From Escherichia phage vB_Eco_mar004NP2: DNA of 64,000 nt. Below are positions 36,964-46,409 of this stretch, piece after piece (position 1 is the stretch's first letter; each line of letters starts with the position of its first letter). The position numbers and the translations under genes are program-made. The stretch is taken from sequence record OR896837.1. One strand, given 5' to 3'. Under the pieces are notes generated by a model. The model saw nothing but the letters and a program-made list of their open reading frames with translations. It made no database searches and was not told the origin of the DNA.

Positions 36964-37574
36964 AAACTTTCCCGTAAATTTAATGAGATGCCGGAATATG
37001 TTCCGTTATTATTTAATGTAGATCCGAAAGCATCACCATTCATGAGTTTTGTTCTAAATAGTATTCCGTTAAACACTGGTTTCTCAGCCCCAGTAGTAGT
37101 TATAAATAAATCAGGGTATAAGTTTATAGACCACGTATTGCCTGATTTATTGAATGATGTTATTTTATATACTTTTGGATGGTTAGATAGCTTAAATAGA
37201 TCCCCTGGTTTTGGAATACCTGTGAGAAGTCCTTTTGTATCCATAGTTATATTAGAACTCTTCTGTCCAGCAGGTATATTTACTAGGCTAGTATTACCTC
37301 TAACTCTAAAAGCTTCGTATTGTGGTAATATAACATCTATATAACCACCAGTACTTTTGTATTCTAGAATAAATGCATCTAGAACACTATATTCATCTGG
37401 AAATAATTCTGGATAAGAAATATTTATACCCCAGTATTGAGCAGATACCTTAACTTCGTTAACTTTACCATTTGGTAACTCATCACGAATTACTGGGTCA
37501 TTATCAATCAGGTTAACACTTTCGAATCCTAAGCCTGAAAGTTCTGGATTCGTGTATGGGTCTGGTAATCTCAT
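36960..37574 (-). CDS. Distal tail protein Dit (T5 pb9-like)
   Basis: 204 aa, immediately after the tape measure gene; strong SD aaagaggagaaattaact-ATG. Confidence 0.65.
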   Translation of the reverse strand: MRLPDPYTNPELSGLGFESVNLIDNDPVIRDELPNGKVNEVKVSAQYWGINISYPELFPDEYSVLDAFILEYKSTGGYIDVILPQYEAFRVRGNTSLVNIPAGQKSSNITMDTKGLLTGIPKPGDLFKLSNHPKVYKITSFNKSGNTWSINLYPDLFITTTGAEKPVFNGILFRTKLMNGDAFGSTLNNNGTYSGISLNLRESL

Positions 37575-37601
37575 AGTTAATTTCTCCTCTTTAATAACAA
37601 T

Positions 37602-37630
37602 ATTATAATAGTATTAGAAAATTTTATCAA
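37602..37630 (-). promoter_or_regulatory. sigma70-like promoter on the minus strand upstream of the Dit-like gene
   Basis: Minus strand TTGATA (plus 37625-37630), 17-nt spacer, TATAAT (plus 37602-37607). Confidence 0.35.
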
Positions 37631-37639
37631 GAAATTTTT

Positions 37640-37677
37640 ATTTTTCCATAAAGAAAAGGAGGACTTTGAGTCCTCCT
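37640..37677 (-). terminator. Rho-independent terminator after the tape measure gene
   Basis: 9-bp stem aggaggact / agtcctcct then a T-rich run on the minus strand. Confidence 0.5.
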
Positions 37678-37683
37678 CCAGTT

Positions 37684-40600
37684 TTAAGAATTTCCTAATG
37701 TTTTCAGACTAGTACCGTTCTCATTCAGAGCTAATTCCACTGCGTCTCTTAGAGCACTACTATTACTAGAAGCAAACTCTCTAAAACTTGCAGCATCCAT
37801 AGCACTAATATTCAGGATGATAGGTCTTCCTGAAGTTGAGTTAGATGAGGTTTTTAGCTCATCATTAGGCGTAGCTTTCATAGGAACCATAGGGGTAACT
37901 ACTTCTGTACCATGCTCACCCATTTGATAGCTAACCCCAGGGTACATATTACCACCTTCGGCACGCGGCACAAATGAATTAGCATTACCAATACCTTGAT
38001 CACCACGTACATAAGATAGTTCTCCAGCATTAGCAGACATAGATACATCAATGTTCTTCTGACGCTCTCCAAGAGTTAAATAACTAGTGGTATCAGCTCC
38101 AGAATCTGCAATACTTGACATACTAGAGGCAGAGGATGCCTGCGCTAATGCCAGAGCACCTGCTAATCCTGCCGCTACCATCAGAGGGATAGAGAACGGG
38201 TATGGTACAGCTGTTGCTGCCTGCATAACTGCTACTGCAGTTTGGATGATAATCCGCTTCTTAGCTGCATCTTGTTGAATCTTCAGCTTTTCAGCTTCTA
38301 GCTTCTTCAATTTAGCTTTAGATGCTTCTGATTTACCATCACGTTTCTGCTCCGCTGCGATAGCTGCATCAATAGCACTAACCTGTTGACTAGTACTATA
38401 CTGAATCATAGAAGATACAGTTTGCATGCCAGAAGCAATCAAGGAGGTAGTATCTAGGGATCCCTGAGAGAACTGAATCATAGCGTTAGTTAAGTTACCC
38501 ATACTTTGAGCCACAGCGGTTGCTTCAGAATTTAATTCAGATAGCTTAGAGATTGCTTGGTCATAAGAAGCCATTCTATTTTGCATATCAGCAAAATCTT
38601 TATCTTCTCCAGATAATCCCGTTGTAGGAGTGTACACAGCACCTACAGAGGATCCTACCTGTTGTTGCATTTGAGCATTACGTTGCGCCGTTAAAGCAGA
38701 CATTTGAGCCCTTGTCTTAGCTATTTCAGCATTCCAGCGCATTTGCTCGTTAGCATTACCTTTGGTAAGTTCCTTCATCTGAGTATAAAAATCTAACTGC
38801 ATTTCCATTTTTTGCATTTCCCCTGCCAGAGGGAACATGGAAGTTAGAGTATTTTCAAAGGCTTCTTGCCTTTTACTGGTCATTTCAGCTTGCTGATCCT
38901 GACGGAATTTCCATATTTCACGTTCAATTTGAGCTTGAGAACGTCTAGACTGTTCAGCCTCTTTCTGTTTATCAGCCTGTTTTGTATACCATTCGTACTT
39001 CTCTTTTTCAATGGTCAATTCAAGATTTAACTGTGCTAGACGATACTGAGTATCTGTCATAGTACGGTTATTTAAGAGAGCTATCTCACGATCTACGCCA
39101 AGAATTTTATCTGTGTAATCCTTGACCTTCTTCTGAGCTTCCATACCCTGATTAGTAAGTTTAAGTTTCTCCAGCTGAATTTTTTCAATTTCTTTCTCAA
39201 CAGCTTTATTTCCCTGGTTTGTTTGAAGAACACGGCGTAAAGCAGCTTCTTGCTCTTCTAACTGTTGGAGTTCTAAACGTCTACCAGCTTCCTGAGCCTT
39301 TTCCTTATCCTTAGTTTGATTATACACATCAGCTATTTTCTGTTGAACTGCTAACTGATTTTTAGTTTCATTACCAGTTAGTTTAACATACTCAGATAGA
39401 GCCTGAGATGCAGTTTTCATTTCAGACAGGGTGTTATAACCCAGGTTAAGGTTTTTAACATATTCATCGGCACTCTTACCGGTACCTAAGGATAGAGATT
39501 CTATATTTTTTATAGCATCTGCCAAAGTAGCACTAGTTTTAGCAGCAGTATCTGTATTCTGAGCAACGTTCTGTATATCATTAGCTAAGTCACTAGCCGT
39601 TTTCTTAGTCTGATTGTACGCTTTCTGCTGCTCAGTTAGTCCTTTTAATACAGTAGAGTTAAAATCGTATACAGCATCAGGATCAGTAGTATCTCTCTGT
39701 AGATTAATTTGCTTCTGAAACTCTGGACTAGCCTTTGCAGCAGCGGCACCAGCAGCTTGATACGCTGATTTCCAAGCATTGAGATTCTCTGTAGAATCCT
39801 CTACTTCCTTACCAAGTCTAGTTACTTGTAGACCCATAGCTGCAGTTTCTGCTACAAATTGCTTATTGGCCTCCGAAGCACCTGCTGCTACAAGACCAAC
39901 AGGAATACCTTCACCAACTTGACGTATAGCTAATTTTGTATAGAAATCTGCTTGTTCCATTCGTTTATCAAACTCAGATTTTAGCTTATTACGCTTATCA
40001 AGAGATTCCTTATACATATCTAGAGCTTTATTATAGCCTTCTTCAGAAGCAGCTAAACTTAAAGCAACAGCACCAACGTTGGTAGGGTCTATCTGTCTAT
40101 TAGTTTTTTCTTGGGCCCTAGCTGCTTCAGCAGATATAGAAGCCTGAGATGTATAAAATACTGTGTTGATAGCATCAATTACTGGCCCTAAATACTTAGC
40201 AGCAGCTTGTTGTATTTTTCTTAGTGCAGCATCTGCATTAGCAGCAAATTGCTCCCACGGAGTTGCACGTAGTACTTCATCTAGGTAGCCAAAACGCTTA
40301 GTAGATTCAGCAATTACCGCGTTAGCGTATGCTTGTTGCTTCTGGAAAGTGGTAAGACTATTAACATTATATGTTATACCTGTGTTTGCAGCATTTAACT
40401 GTTTAGCATAATCAGCGTATGCATCATTAAGACGGATGGTGACACCCAGCTCATCCAGAAGTTCGATTTCTTGTTTAGATACGCCCTTAATTACACGGTT
40501 AAGTGCATCAGTCATATCAATGCCAAGAACAGCAGCCGCACGACGAGCTACTAAACCAAATTTATTAAGTTGTTCGGCATCAAATCCATAAGCAGATGCT

Positions 40601-41367
40601 GAAGATGCCTGTCTCATTGCTTCCTCAAAAGAAATAGCATATCCAGCAGCTTCTTGTAGTGATCTAGCAAGGGTCTGAACAGGAGTACCTGTCTGAGTAC
40701 CTACTATAACACCAAATTTTTCTAGACGATTTAGCTGATCACCTAGTTTAAGTTGTTCAAATGCTGATTGCAAAACGAAGATGTTGGAAGCAAGAGCTGC
40801 GTACATAATAGGTAGACTACCACCGATCTTAGCCATTGCCGCAAAATCACGAGTTGCACCACGTGCTGAACCAGAAGTATTACCAATAGCTCTAGAAGCT
40901 CTACCAGCGGCACCAGCAGTATCATTAAAACCCCTAGCTGTGCCACCTAATGCTCTATTAGTATCATATAATCTATCCTGGACTTTTTCTGTTGCAGCTG
41001 CAACATCATTACCTATTGTTTTAACAGATCTAGAAACTCCATCGAATCCAATTTCTAGTTTATCTGTCACTTCAATAAGCTGGATAGCTAGGTAATCTAG
41101 TTTATCACCAATATCATTAATAGATTTGGTGATACCAGCCATACCCCTACTAGCTTGCATTTTAGTAAGACTTTTTGCTGCTCTGTCTGCTGCCCTCTCA
41201 ATGGAATAAAGAGTTCTGGGCATTTTACCTAACTGCTCATTTGTCAGTTCGGAAGCAGCAGCAGCATTTTCCAACGCATCAGATACGTTTTCAATAGACT
41301 TTGCAGTACGAGTTGCTCCCTTCTGTTTAACGTCTATTAGTAATTCTCGTATTAGCTTATCAGTCAT
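37684..41367 (-). CDS. Tail tape measure protein (T5 pb2-like)
   Basis: 1227 aa, long coiled-coil-rich protein with hydrophobic segment near the C-terminus. Confidence 0.85.
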   Translation of the reverse strand: MTDKLIRELLIDVKQKGATRTAKSIENVSDALENAAAASELTNEQLGKMPRTLYSIERAADRAAKSLTKMQASRGMAGITKSINDIGDKLDYLAIQLIEVTDKLEIGFDGVSRSVKTIGNDVAAATEKVQDRLYDTNRALGGTARGFNDTAGAAGRASRAIGNTSGSARGATRDFAAMAKIGGSLPIMYAALASNIFVLQSAFEQLKLGDQLNRLEKFGVIVGTQTGTPVQTLARSLQEAAGYAISFEEAMRQASSASAYGFDAEQLNKFGLVARRAAAVLGIDMTDALNRVIKGVSKQEIELLDELGVTIRLNDAYADYAKQLNAANTGITYNVNSLTTFQKQQAYANAVIAESTKRFGYLDEVLRATPWEQFAANADAALRKIQQAAAKYLGPVIDAINTVFYTSQASISAEAARAQEKTNRQIDPTNVGAVALSLAASEEGYNKALDMYKESLDKRNKLKSEFDKRMEQADFYTKLAIRQVGEGIPVGLVAAGASEANKQFVAETAAMGLQVTRLGKEVEDSTENLNAWKSAYQAAGAAAAKASPEFQKQINLQRDTTDPDAVYDFNSTVLKGLTEQQKAYNQTKKTASDLANDIQNVAQNTDTAAKTSATLADAIKNIESLSLGTGKSADEYVKNLNLGYNTLSEMKTASQALSEYVKLTGNETKNQLAVQQKIADVYNQTKDKEKAQEAGRRLELQQLEEQEAALRRVLQTNQGNKAVEKEIEKIQLEKLKLTNQGMEAQKKVKDYTDKILGVDREIALLNNRTMTDTQYRLAQLNLELTIEKEKYEWYTKQADKQKEAEQSRRSQAQIEREIWKFRQDQQAEMTSKRQEAFENTLTSMFPLAGEMQKMEMQLDFYTQMKELTKGNANEQMRWNAEIAKTRAQMSALTAQRNAQMQQQVGSSVGAVYTPTTGLSGEDKDFADMQNRMASYDQAISKLSELNSEATAVAQSMGNLTNAMIQFSQGSLDTTSLIASGMQTVSSMIQYSTSQQVSAIDAAIAAEQKRDGKSEASKAKLKKLEAEKLKIQQDAAKKRIIIQTAVAVMQAATAVPYPFSIPLMVAAGLAGALALAQASSASSMSSIADSGADTTSYLTLGERQKNIDVSMSANAGELSYVRGDQGIGNANSFVPRAEGGNMYPGVSYQMGEHGTEVVTPMVPMKATPNDELKTSSNSTSGRPIILNISAMDAASFREFASSNSSALRDAVELALNENGTSLKTLGNS

Positions 41368-41380
41368 GTTTTATTTTTCC

Positions 41381-41415
41381 CAATAAAAAAGGCTCTGGGC
41401 AAATCACCCAGAGCC
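41381..41415 (-). terminator. Rho-independent terminator/attenuator immediately upstream of the tape measure gene
   Basis: Stem ggctctggg / cccagagcc then TTTTTTATT on the minus strand; shares the sequence TTTTTTATTGGGAAAAATAAA with the element at 46361-46388. Confidence 0.55.
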
Positions 41416-41450
41416 AAGCCTCATCGTGGAACGCCCATTGGAGGAAACTT

Positions 41451-41819
41451 TTACCGTGCACGAGATCTAGCATGTGGCTTAACGTTAGGAATCCTTCCGT
41501 TTTGCGGTTTATGCTTCTCAGCACGTTTACGTGCAGCATCTACAGCTTTAGCATCAAATATATTGATAATGTGTAGAACAAATTCTTTCTCTATAGGATC
41601 AGTAATCCCATAAATATCAAATAAAACACCTAGAGCAGCCTTATCTTTACCTATAAAGATAGGAAAGTCACCTGGTATGAAGCAGTCAATTAGACTGTTA
41701 TAAATATTCATACTAGTAGCCACAATAGGTGGAAAGTCTTCAAGTTCAACAGGCATGGCCTTAGGATCAGGCTCTATACCCATTGATTCACAAAGTATTA
41801 AATATTGTTGTTTAGTCAT
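41451..41819 (-). CDS. Hypothetical protein (possible tail assembly chaperone)
   Basis: Position between tail tube and tape measure genes; no motif evidence. Confidence 0.45.
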   Translation of the reverse strand: MTKQQYLILCESMGIEPDPKAMPVELEDFPPIVATSMNIYNSLIDCFIPGDFPIFIGKDKAALGVLFDIYGITDPIEKEFVLHIINIFDAKAVDAARKRAEKHKPQNGRIPNVKPHARSRAR

Positions 41820-41880
41820 TTTAGATGCTGAGCTTTTAATACACTTATCTGCAAAATCAGCAACAGCATCTAGGAGTTCT

Positions 41881-42300
41881 TTACGCTTTTGGGCTACGAA
41901 AAGTGTCTAAGTGGAACACTGTCTGGTTGATCCAAGAATCAAACGCAGCAGAGTTCTGCATGAGCATTACAGCATTATCGCGGCTAAAAGGAACTTCAGT
42001 AGCAGGATCAGCATCTGTTTCAATCAGCATCAGTTTTTCAACGTCACCTACAGTCAAACCGGTCCAACCTTTAATAGCTGCGTCAACGAAGGCTTCAATG
42101 AACTTATCATCATCCTGTACCTGAATCAAAGTACCATTAACCCATTCATCGCGTTTAGCAGAAGAAATAACACGTTTAGAGGTAGCACGAGACATATAGT
42201 TAAGTTCTAATTTAAAGTTCGGCATACCTGGGTAGGAAAGAGTAATAGTACGAGTATCAAGAGTAATATCTTTTAAATTAATCATTTTTAATTTCTCCAA
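41881..42300 (-). CDS. Hypothetical protein (possible tail assembly chaperone)
   Basis: Position only. Confidence 0.45.
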   Translation of the reverse strand: MEKLKMINLKDITLDTRTITLSYPGMPNFKLELNYMSRATSKRVISSAKRDEWVNGTLIQVQDDDKFIEAFVDAAIKGWTGLTVGDVEKLMLIETDADPATEVPFSRDNAVMLMQNSAAFDSWINQTVFHLDTFRSPKA

Positions 42301-43180
42301 AGAAATCTATTCTCACTGGGTCTGAAGAAGCAGTAGGTATAATATCCCACTCAACTCTATACACATCTGAGAAATCTAGGCGTTTTGTAATACGTGCTGA
42401 AGGAAAATCTATAGAAATATTATTATTTCTTATATTTAAAGGTACATCTGTCTCCGGTTCGATATTGTAAACCATATCTCCTGCAAAACGTTTTAAGTAA
42501 TATAGAGAAATGGTTGCCGAAGCATTCATTTCAGTTACATAGGCTCTTTTATTATTATAAATTTTATTTATATCAAAAACACTCTTATCCTCTCTCCAAG
42601 AGCACTGCTGCTGGAAAGATAAAGAGGCAGAAATAAGACCGGGTAAGATGCTGCCATTAGTAGAAGCTATTACTGGGCTGTAAGACATTACTTCACCCTG
42701 TATAATAGAAGCTGCTTCTCTATAGGTAGATACTTCTGAGAATTTCCCAGACTCAATACCAACATTAAGAATTGGTATGTTCTTATCTAAAGAAAAATCT
42801 ACCGTAGATACATAACAGTTTTCAAAATATACACAGTTATTATCTTTATTTACTATATAGATATTGAACATAATAGGTTCAATATTACTACTATATAGTG
42901 GGAGTAAGAAAGTATTACCTTTTCTATCAAAACCTAACCATTCAAAGAAGTTAGCTTCAGTAAGAGTATTACTGAAATTTACTGCTAGAGAGATAGAAGA
43001 GGGGGTTTGAGCATTTATAATAGAGTCTGCATAGTTAGTTCTATGATGAACAGTCCTACGAAGAGTCTTGAATTCCTCGTAGGAAGTCTGTATATCATAG
43101 TTTGATAGGGCATCAAAATGAAATGCCCTACCATCATACTCAACTATAACTTTTGACTCTCTCATTAGAGAGTAGTACAT
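42278..43180 (-). CDS. Tail protein (possibly collar p140-like)
   Basis: 300 aa directly downstream of the tail tube gene; assignment by position. Confidence 0.45.
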   Translation of the reverse strand: MYYSLMRESKVIVEYDGRAFHFDALSNYDIQTSYEEFKTLRRTVHHRTNYADSIINAQTPSSISLAVNFSNTLTEANFFEWLGFDRKGNTFLLPLYSSNIEPIMFNIYIVNKDNNCVYFENCYVSTVDFSLDKNIPILNVGIESGKFSEVSTYREAASIIQGEVMSYSPVIASTNGSILPGLISASLSFQQQCSWREDKSVFDINKIYNNKRAYVTEMNASATISLYYLKRFAGDMVYNIEPETDVPLNIRNNNISIDFPSARITKRLDFSDVYRVEWDIIPTASSDPVRIDFFGEIKND

Positions 43181-43184
43181 TTAA

Positions 43185-44555
43185 TTAGCCACCAGAACCG
43201 TCTTTAGCTACAGCTTTCACAGTAACTTCTCCAGTCTTAGTAGTATCCGCAGTTAATAGACCAGATTCTGGATCAATTGTAGCTGCATCACCGCTAGAAA
43301 TAGACCAAGTTACAGCACTATTAGTAGCATCTGACGGAGTTACTTCAACAGACATCTGTAGAGTATTGCTATTCTCCACTGAAGTGACATTACCAGCTGA
43401 TTTAACTGTGATTGATTCAACTAGTTTTGGTGGAGTTTTAGCGCCATCTCCTGTAGCAATCAGATTAGCCACAGTGGTTTTAGTATACTTGTTAGAAAAA
43501 CCAAGATAACCTTCATCACCAGTATCCAGATCTGTAGGGATAGCTTTAAACTCTACTGAAGTACCAAGTACATCAACAGTCTCAATATTAGGAATATTAA
43601 CATGCGCCTGTTTAGCAACTAACACAGCTGCCGGACGTTCATCATCATATTCACCACCAAGGATAAGTGCAACTTCAAACTTGTTAACTACCTTAAGAGT
43701 TTTAATTAGATCTTTATATAGCTCCATAGATCCTAGAGCTTTATCATTAAGGTAAGCTGTCAGAGAACCAGTTAGTTCAAACGCACCAGTAAATGAACCG
43801 ATCGGAATATTTACACGGGACATAATATTGGGGGTTAGGTACGTAATATTGTTATTAATGGTGAAAGTACCTCCAGTAATAGGGATATCATATGCCTTAT
43901 CAGAATCCATATCCTTAATTTTCAGGATAGTCAATTTGTTCTTGATATAAGAACTCTGAATAGTCATATAAGTTTCATCATCAACACCTACAGTATCAGG
44001 ATCAAATGGTTGCTCATCCAAAGGAATAAGCTGGTTACCATTACCTGACCAAGTTACACGACCAATATCCTCAATATCAACGTTAACTTCTGCCTGGTTG
44101 ATCTGGCAAGAGTCGATGTAACTCCATGCTTTGTCAGTCAGGATGTAGATATGCAGCATTGCCAGTTCGTGGTACGCGTTATCTTTAAAGTTAACCATAA
44201 AATTGGTTTCGTTATTATGTGCTCCTGTATCACCTTTTAGGTTAAGAGCTTTACCGCTAGAAATAGCATGCCATAACATATAGTCAGGGACAATCTGTTT
44301 GTTAGTAGTTTTATCTATATATGGCAGGATATAAGTAGAGAAACTCCACTCAGCCGCGTTTAAAGAGTCATTAAAACGTTTAGAACCACGAGTTGGACGC
44401 GGACCAGCTTCATTAACAGTAATATCTGTTAAGTTACTGTCCTGACCCCAAGAAATATCATCCTGAACTAGAATCTCTTGCGTGTTGGTCTTATTATGAC
44501 CAGTCTTAACCGTAGACACGAAGATTCGAGTATTACGTAATAGTTGTAAAGACAT
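43185..44555 (-). CDS. Major tail tube protein (T5 pb6-like) with C-terminal Ig-like domain
   Basis: 456 aa; C-terminal Ig-like block (NSAVTWSISSGDAATIDPESGLLTA). Confidence 0.8.
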   Translation of the reverse strand: MSLQLLRNTRIFVSTVKTGHNKTNTQEILVQDDISWGQDSNLTDITVNEAGPRPTRGSKRFNDSLNAAEWSFSTYILPYIDKTTNKQIVPDYMLWHAISSGKALNLKGDTGAHNNETNFMVNFKDNAYHELAMLHIYILTDKAWSYIDSCQINQAEVNVDIEDIGRVTWSGNGNQLIPLDEQPFDPDTVGVDDETYMTIQSSYIKNKLTILKIKDMDSDKAYDIPITGGTFTINNNITYLTPNIMSRVNIPIGSFTGAFELTGSLTAYLNDKALGSMELYKDLIKTLKVVNKFEVALILGGEYDDERPAAVLVAKQAHVNIPNIETVDVLGTSVEFKAIPTDLDTGDEGYLGFSNKYTKTTVANLIATGDGAKTPPKLVESITVKSAGNVTSVENSNTLQMSVEVTPSDATNSAVTWSISSGDAATIDPESGLLTADTTKTGEVTVKAVAKDGSGG

Positions 44556-44581
44556 TTAATTATTTTCTCCTAATCTGTAAC

Positions 44582-45067
44582 TTATCTGCGAAGTGACCTA
44601 CGTGGAGGCTGATACCTCACTGTTACATTTATTTCTGCTAAACCATATGGGGCCAGTAGACCCTCATCTGTACTAACTGATGTAATGATCATATCAGTTG
44701 CCTCACATGGGAAGGTCGATCCATTAGGTTTACTAACAGTATATTCTAAATTTCCACCTGTGTCAATAACGGTTTTTATATCCACTACGAGTTTTTCAAG
44801 TTGCTCTTGAATGTCTGTTTTCTCTTTATCATACACCAGGATTGGAAGTTCTAAAAACATCCACTGTTGGCCTGAAGGAAGATACTGCCCAGTTTCAGTT
44901 CCGATATGAACTGCCACATAAGGAAACTCTCGTATTTCCTCAAATTTATAAGTTTGACGAGAAACGTTTCCATATAGGTTATTAAAATATTCGTCAGGTT
45001 GAGAACCGTCCAACTGTTTAGATATACGGTCAACCAGAGCTTGTGCAATACTTGTTCTATGGTCCAT
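44582..45067 (-). CDS. Tail terminator-like protein
   Basis: 161 aa immediately upstream of the tail tube gene. Confidence 0.5.
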   Translation of the reverse strand: MDHRTSIAQALVDRISKQLDGSQPDEYFNNLYGNVSRQTYKFEEIREFPYVAVHIGTETGQYLPSGQQWMFLELPILVYDKEKTDIQEQLEKLVVDIKTVIDTGGNLEYTVSKPNGSTFPCEATDMIITSVSTDEGLLAPYGLAEINVTVRYQPPRRSLRR

Positions 45068-45070
45068 TTA

Positions 45071-45838
45071 TTAGGTTCCTTGATTAACCTTGATTTTATA
45101 TCTAGAGTGAATCAGGTCTCTTGCAGCTTTTGCTATAGCCTCACCAATAAGTTTTTGTGGATTTCTAGCGCCAGGATAAGGTCTTAGAGATAATCTTCTA
45201 TACGTAGATACTGCAGGGTTGAATACAGAATATGGACGAGTCATATAATTATATGTTACGTTCAATTCAGGAGAGCCTTTACTAGTCTCTGCATCTCTAA
45301 GTATAACATCCTTAATTTTCAGAGAATTTGCAAAGCGACCGGTTCTAAATTTTAATGGCGCTCCTGTCTTTTTCATATCCTTTATTAAGTACTCTTTAGC
45401 AACTATCTCTAATATAACCTTCATATTGCTATTTGATACAAAACGTCCGGAAGCACCTGTTATTGCACCTGAGTATCCATCCTCTACGTCTCTAGGATCC
45501 CCAAAGTTTACCTGTACTCTGCCTGTAGAACGTTTTTTACCTACAGCAGATTTTTTACCAGCGGTTGCTTGTATTAAATTCTCTAAAGCACCTAAATCTC
45601 CCGAAAGATCTAAACTAGAGGATACAGCTTTTAGTATAGAGGCTGTTCTAACATCAAGAAGATCTTGGGATACAGGCTTTGAAAACTTAAAAGATACTTG
45701 AGCAACAGTACCATCTCTGGTAGGATCTTTTAGCCCTGTTTCAACAGAGTATACAACAGTATTCTTATTATTTTCAGATCGTCCTGCAGTATCTAGCTGC
45801 TCTTTAATAATTTGTTTAGCTAGATCGGAAAGAGACAT
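45071..45838 (-). CDS. Head-tail connector / neck protein
   Basis: Position between capsid and tail genes. Confidence 0.45.
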   Translation of the reverse strand: MSLSDLAKQIIKEQLDTAGRSENNKNTVVYSVETGLKDPTRDGTVAQVSFKFSKPVSQDLLDVRTASILKAVSSSLDLSGDLGALENLIQATAGKKSAVGKKRSTGRVQVNFGDPRDVEDGYSGAITGASGRFVSNSNMKVILEIVAKEYLIKDMKKTGAPLKFRTGRFANSLKIKDVILRDAETSKGSPELNVTYNYMTRPYSVFNPAVSTYRRLSLRPYPGARNPQKLIGEAIAKAARDLIHSRYKIKVNQGT

Positions 45839-46350
45839 TATACTCTCCTATATACTTCAATAATAGTACGAATATGCTCTGGAATACCAGACTTAGTGCT
45901 ATTGAAGGTTACTGTTTCACCACCAATTGTTTTAGCTTGGCGATAATCTTGTTTGTGCCAATGATCTACTAACATACATGCTGCAAGTTTGAGATCTTCA
46001 GGTATTGGATTGAATCCACCTTGTGTATATGCTACATCCATATAACCTTCTGGAGGATTAAATTTGAGAAGGATAATACCGTCAGAGTATAGCCTATACT
46101 GCTCTGGGTCAATCTCATTATCGTTAATCGTCACTTTAGTTACGGAGGTAGCAGATGGTGAGCTCAGAAAATATTTCCTACGTGTAGGTTTTGTATTGAT
46201 TAACTGGTCTACCGCATCAGCGTCATCCATGCCTAGAAGGCTTGTGATCAGCGCATTGGCAGCAGTAATCATCATTTCTACACCAGATTCTAATTCAGGT
46301 CGTTTTAAACCACCATATAATCTATAATCTTCGTCTGTGATGATTTGCAT
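45838..46350 (-). CDS. Head completion / adaptor protein
   Basis: Position; ATG overlap with downstream gene. Confidence 0.45.
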   Translation of the reverse strand: MQIITDEDYRLYGGLKRPELESGVEMMITAANALITSLLGMDDADAVDQLINTKPTRRKYFLSSPSATSVTKVTINDNEIDPEQYRLYSDGIILLKFNPPEGYMDVAYTQGGFNPIPEDLKLAACMLVDHWHKQDYRQAKTIGGETVTFNSTKSGIPEHIRTIIEVYRRV

Positions 46351-46360
46351 TTATTTTTCC

Positions 46361-46388
46361 CAATAAAAAAGGAGAGCCGAAGCTCTCC
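46361..46388 (-). terminator. Rho-independent terminator after the major capsid gene
   Basis: Stem ggagagc / gctctcc with cgaa loop then TTTTTTATT on the minus strand. Confidence 0.6.
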
Positions 46389-46409
46389 TTATCGGCTGAA
46401 AAGCCTGTA

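Noticed and set aside
37575-37600. The SD region before the Dit-like gene (aaagaggagaaattaact-ATG) resembling a widely used synthetic expression-vector RBS
   Set aside because: Curiosity only; the resemblance is from memory and has no bearing on the biology of this window.
41451-42300. Programmed -1 frameshift between the two chaperone-like genes upstream of the tape measure gene (lambda G/GT style)
   Set aside because: The two ORFs are separated by about 60 nt and do not overlap, and no slippery heptamer was found at the end of the first.
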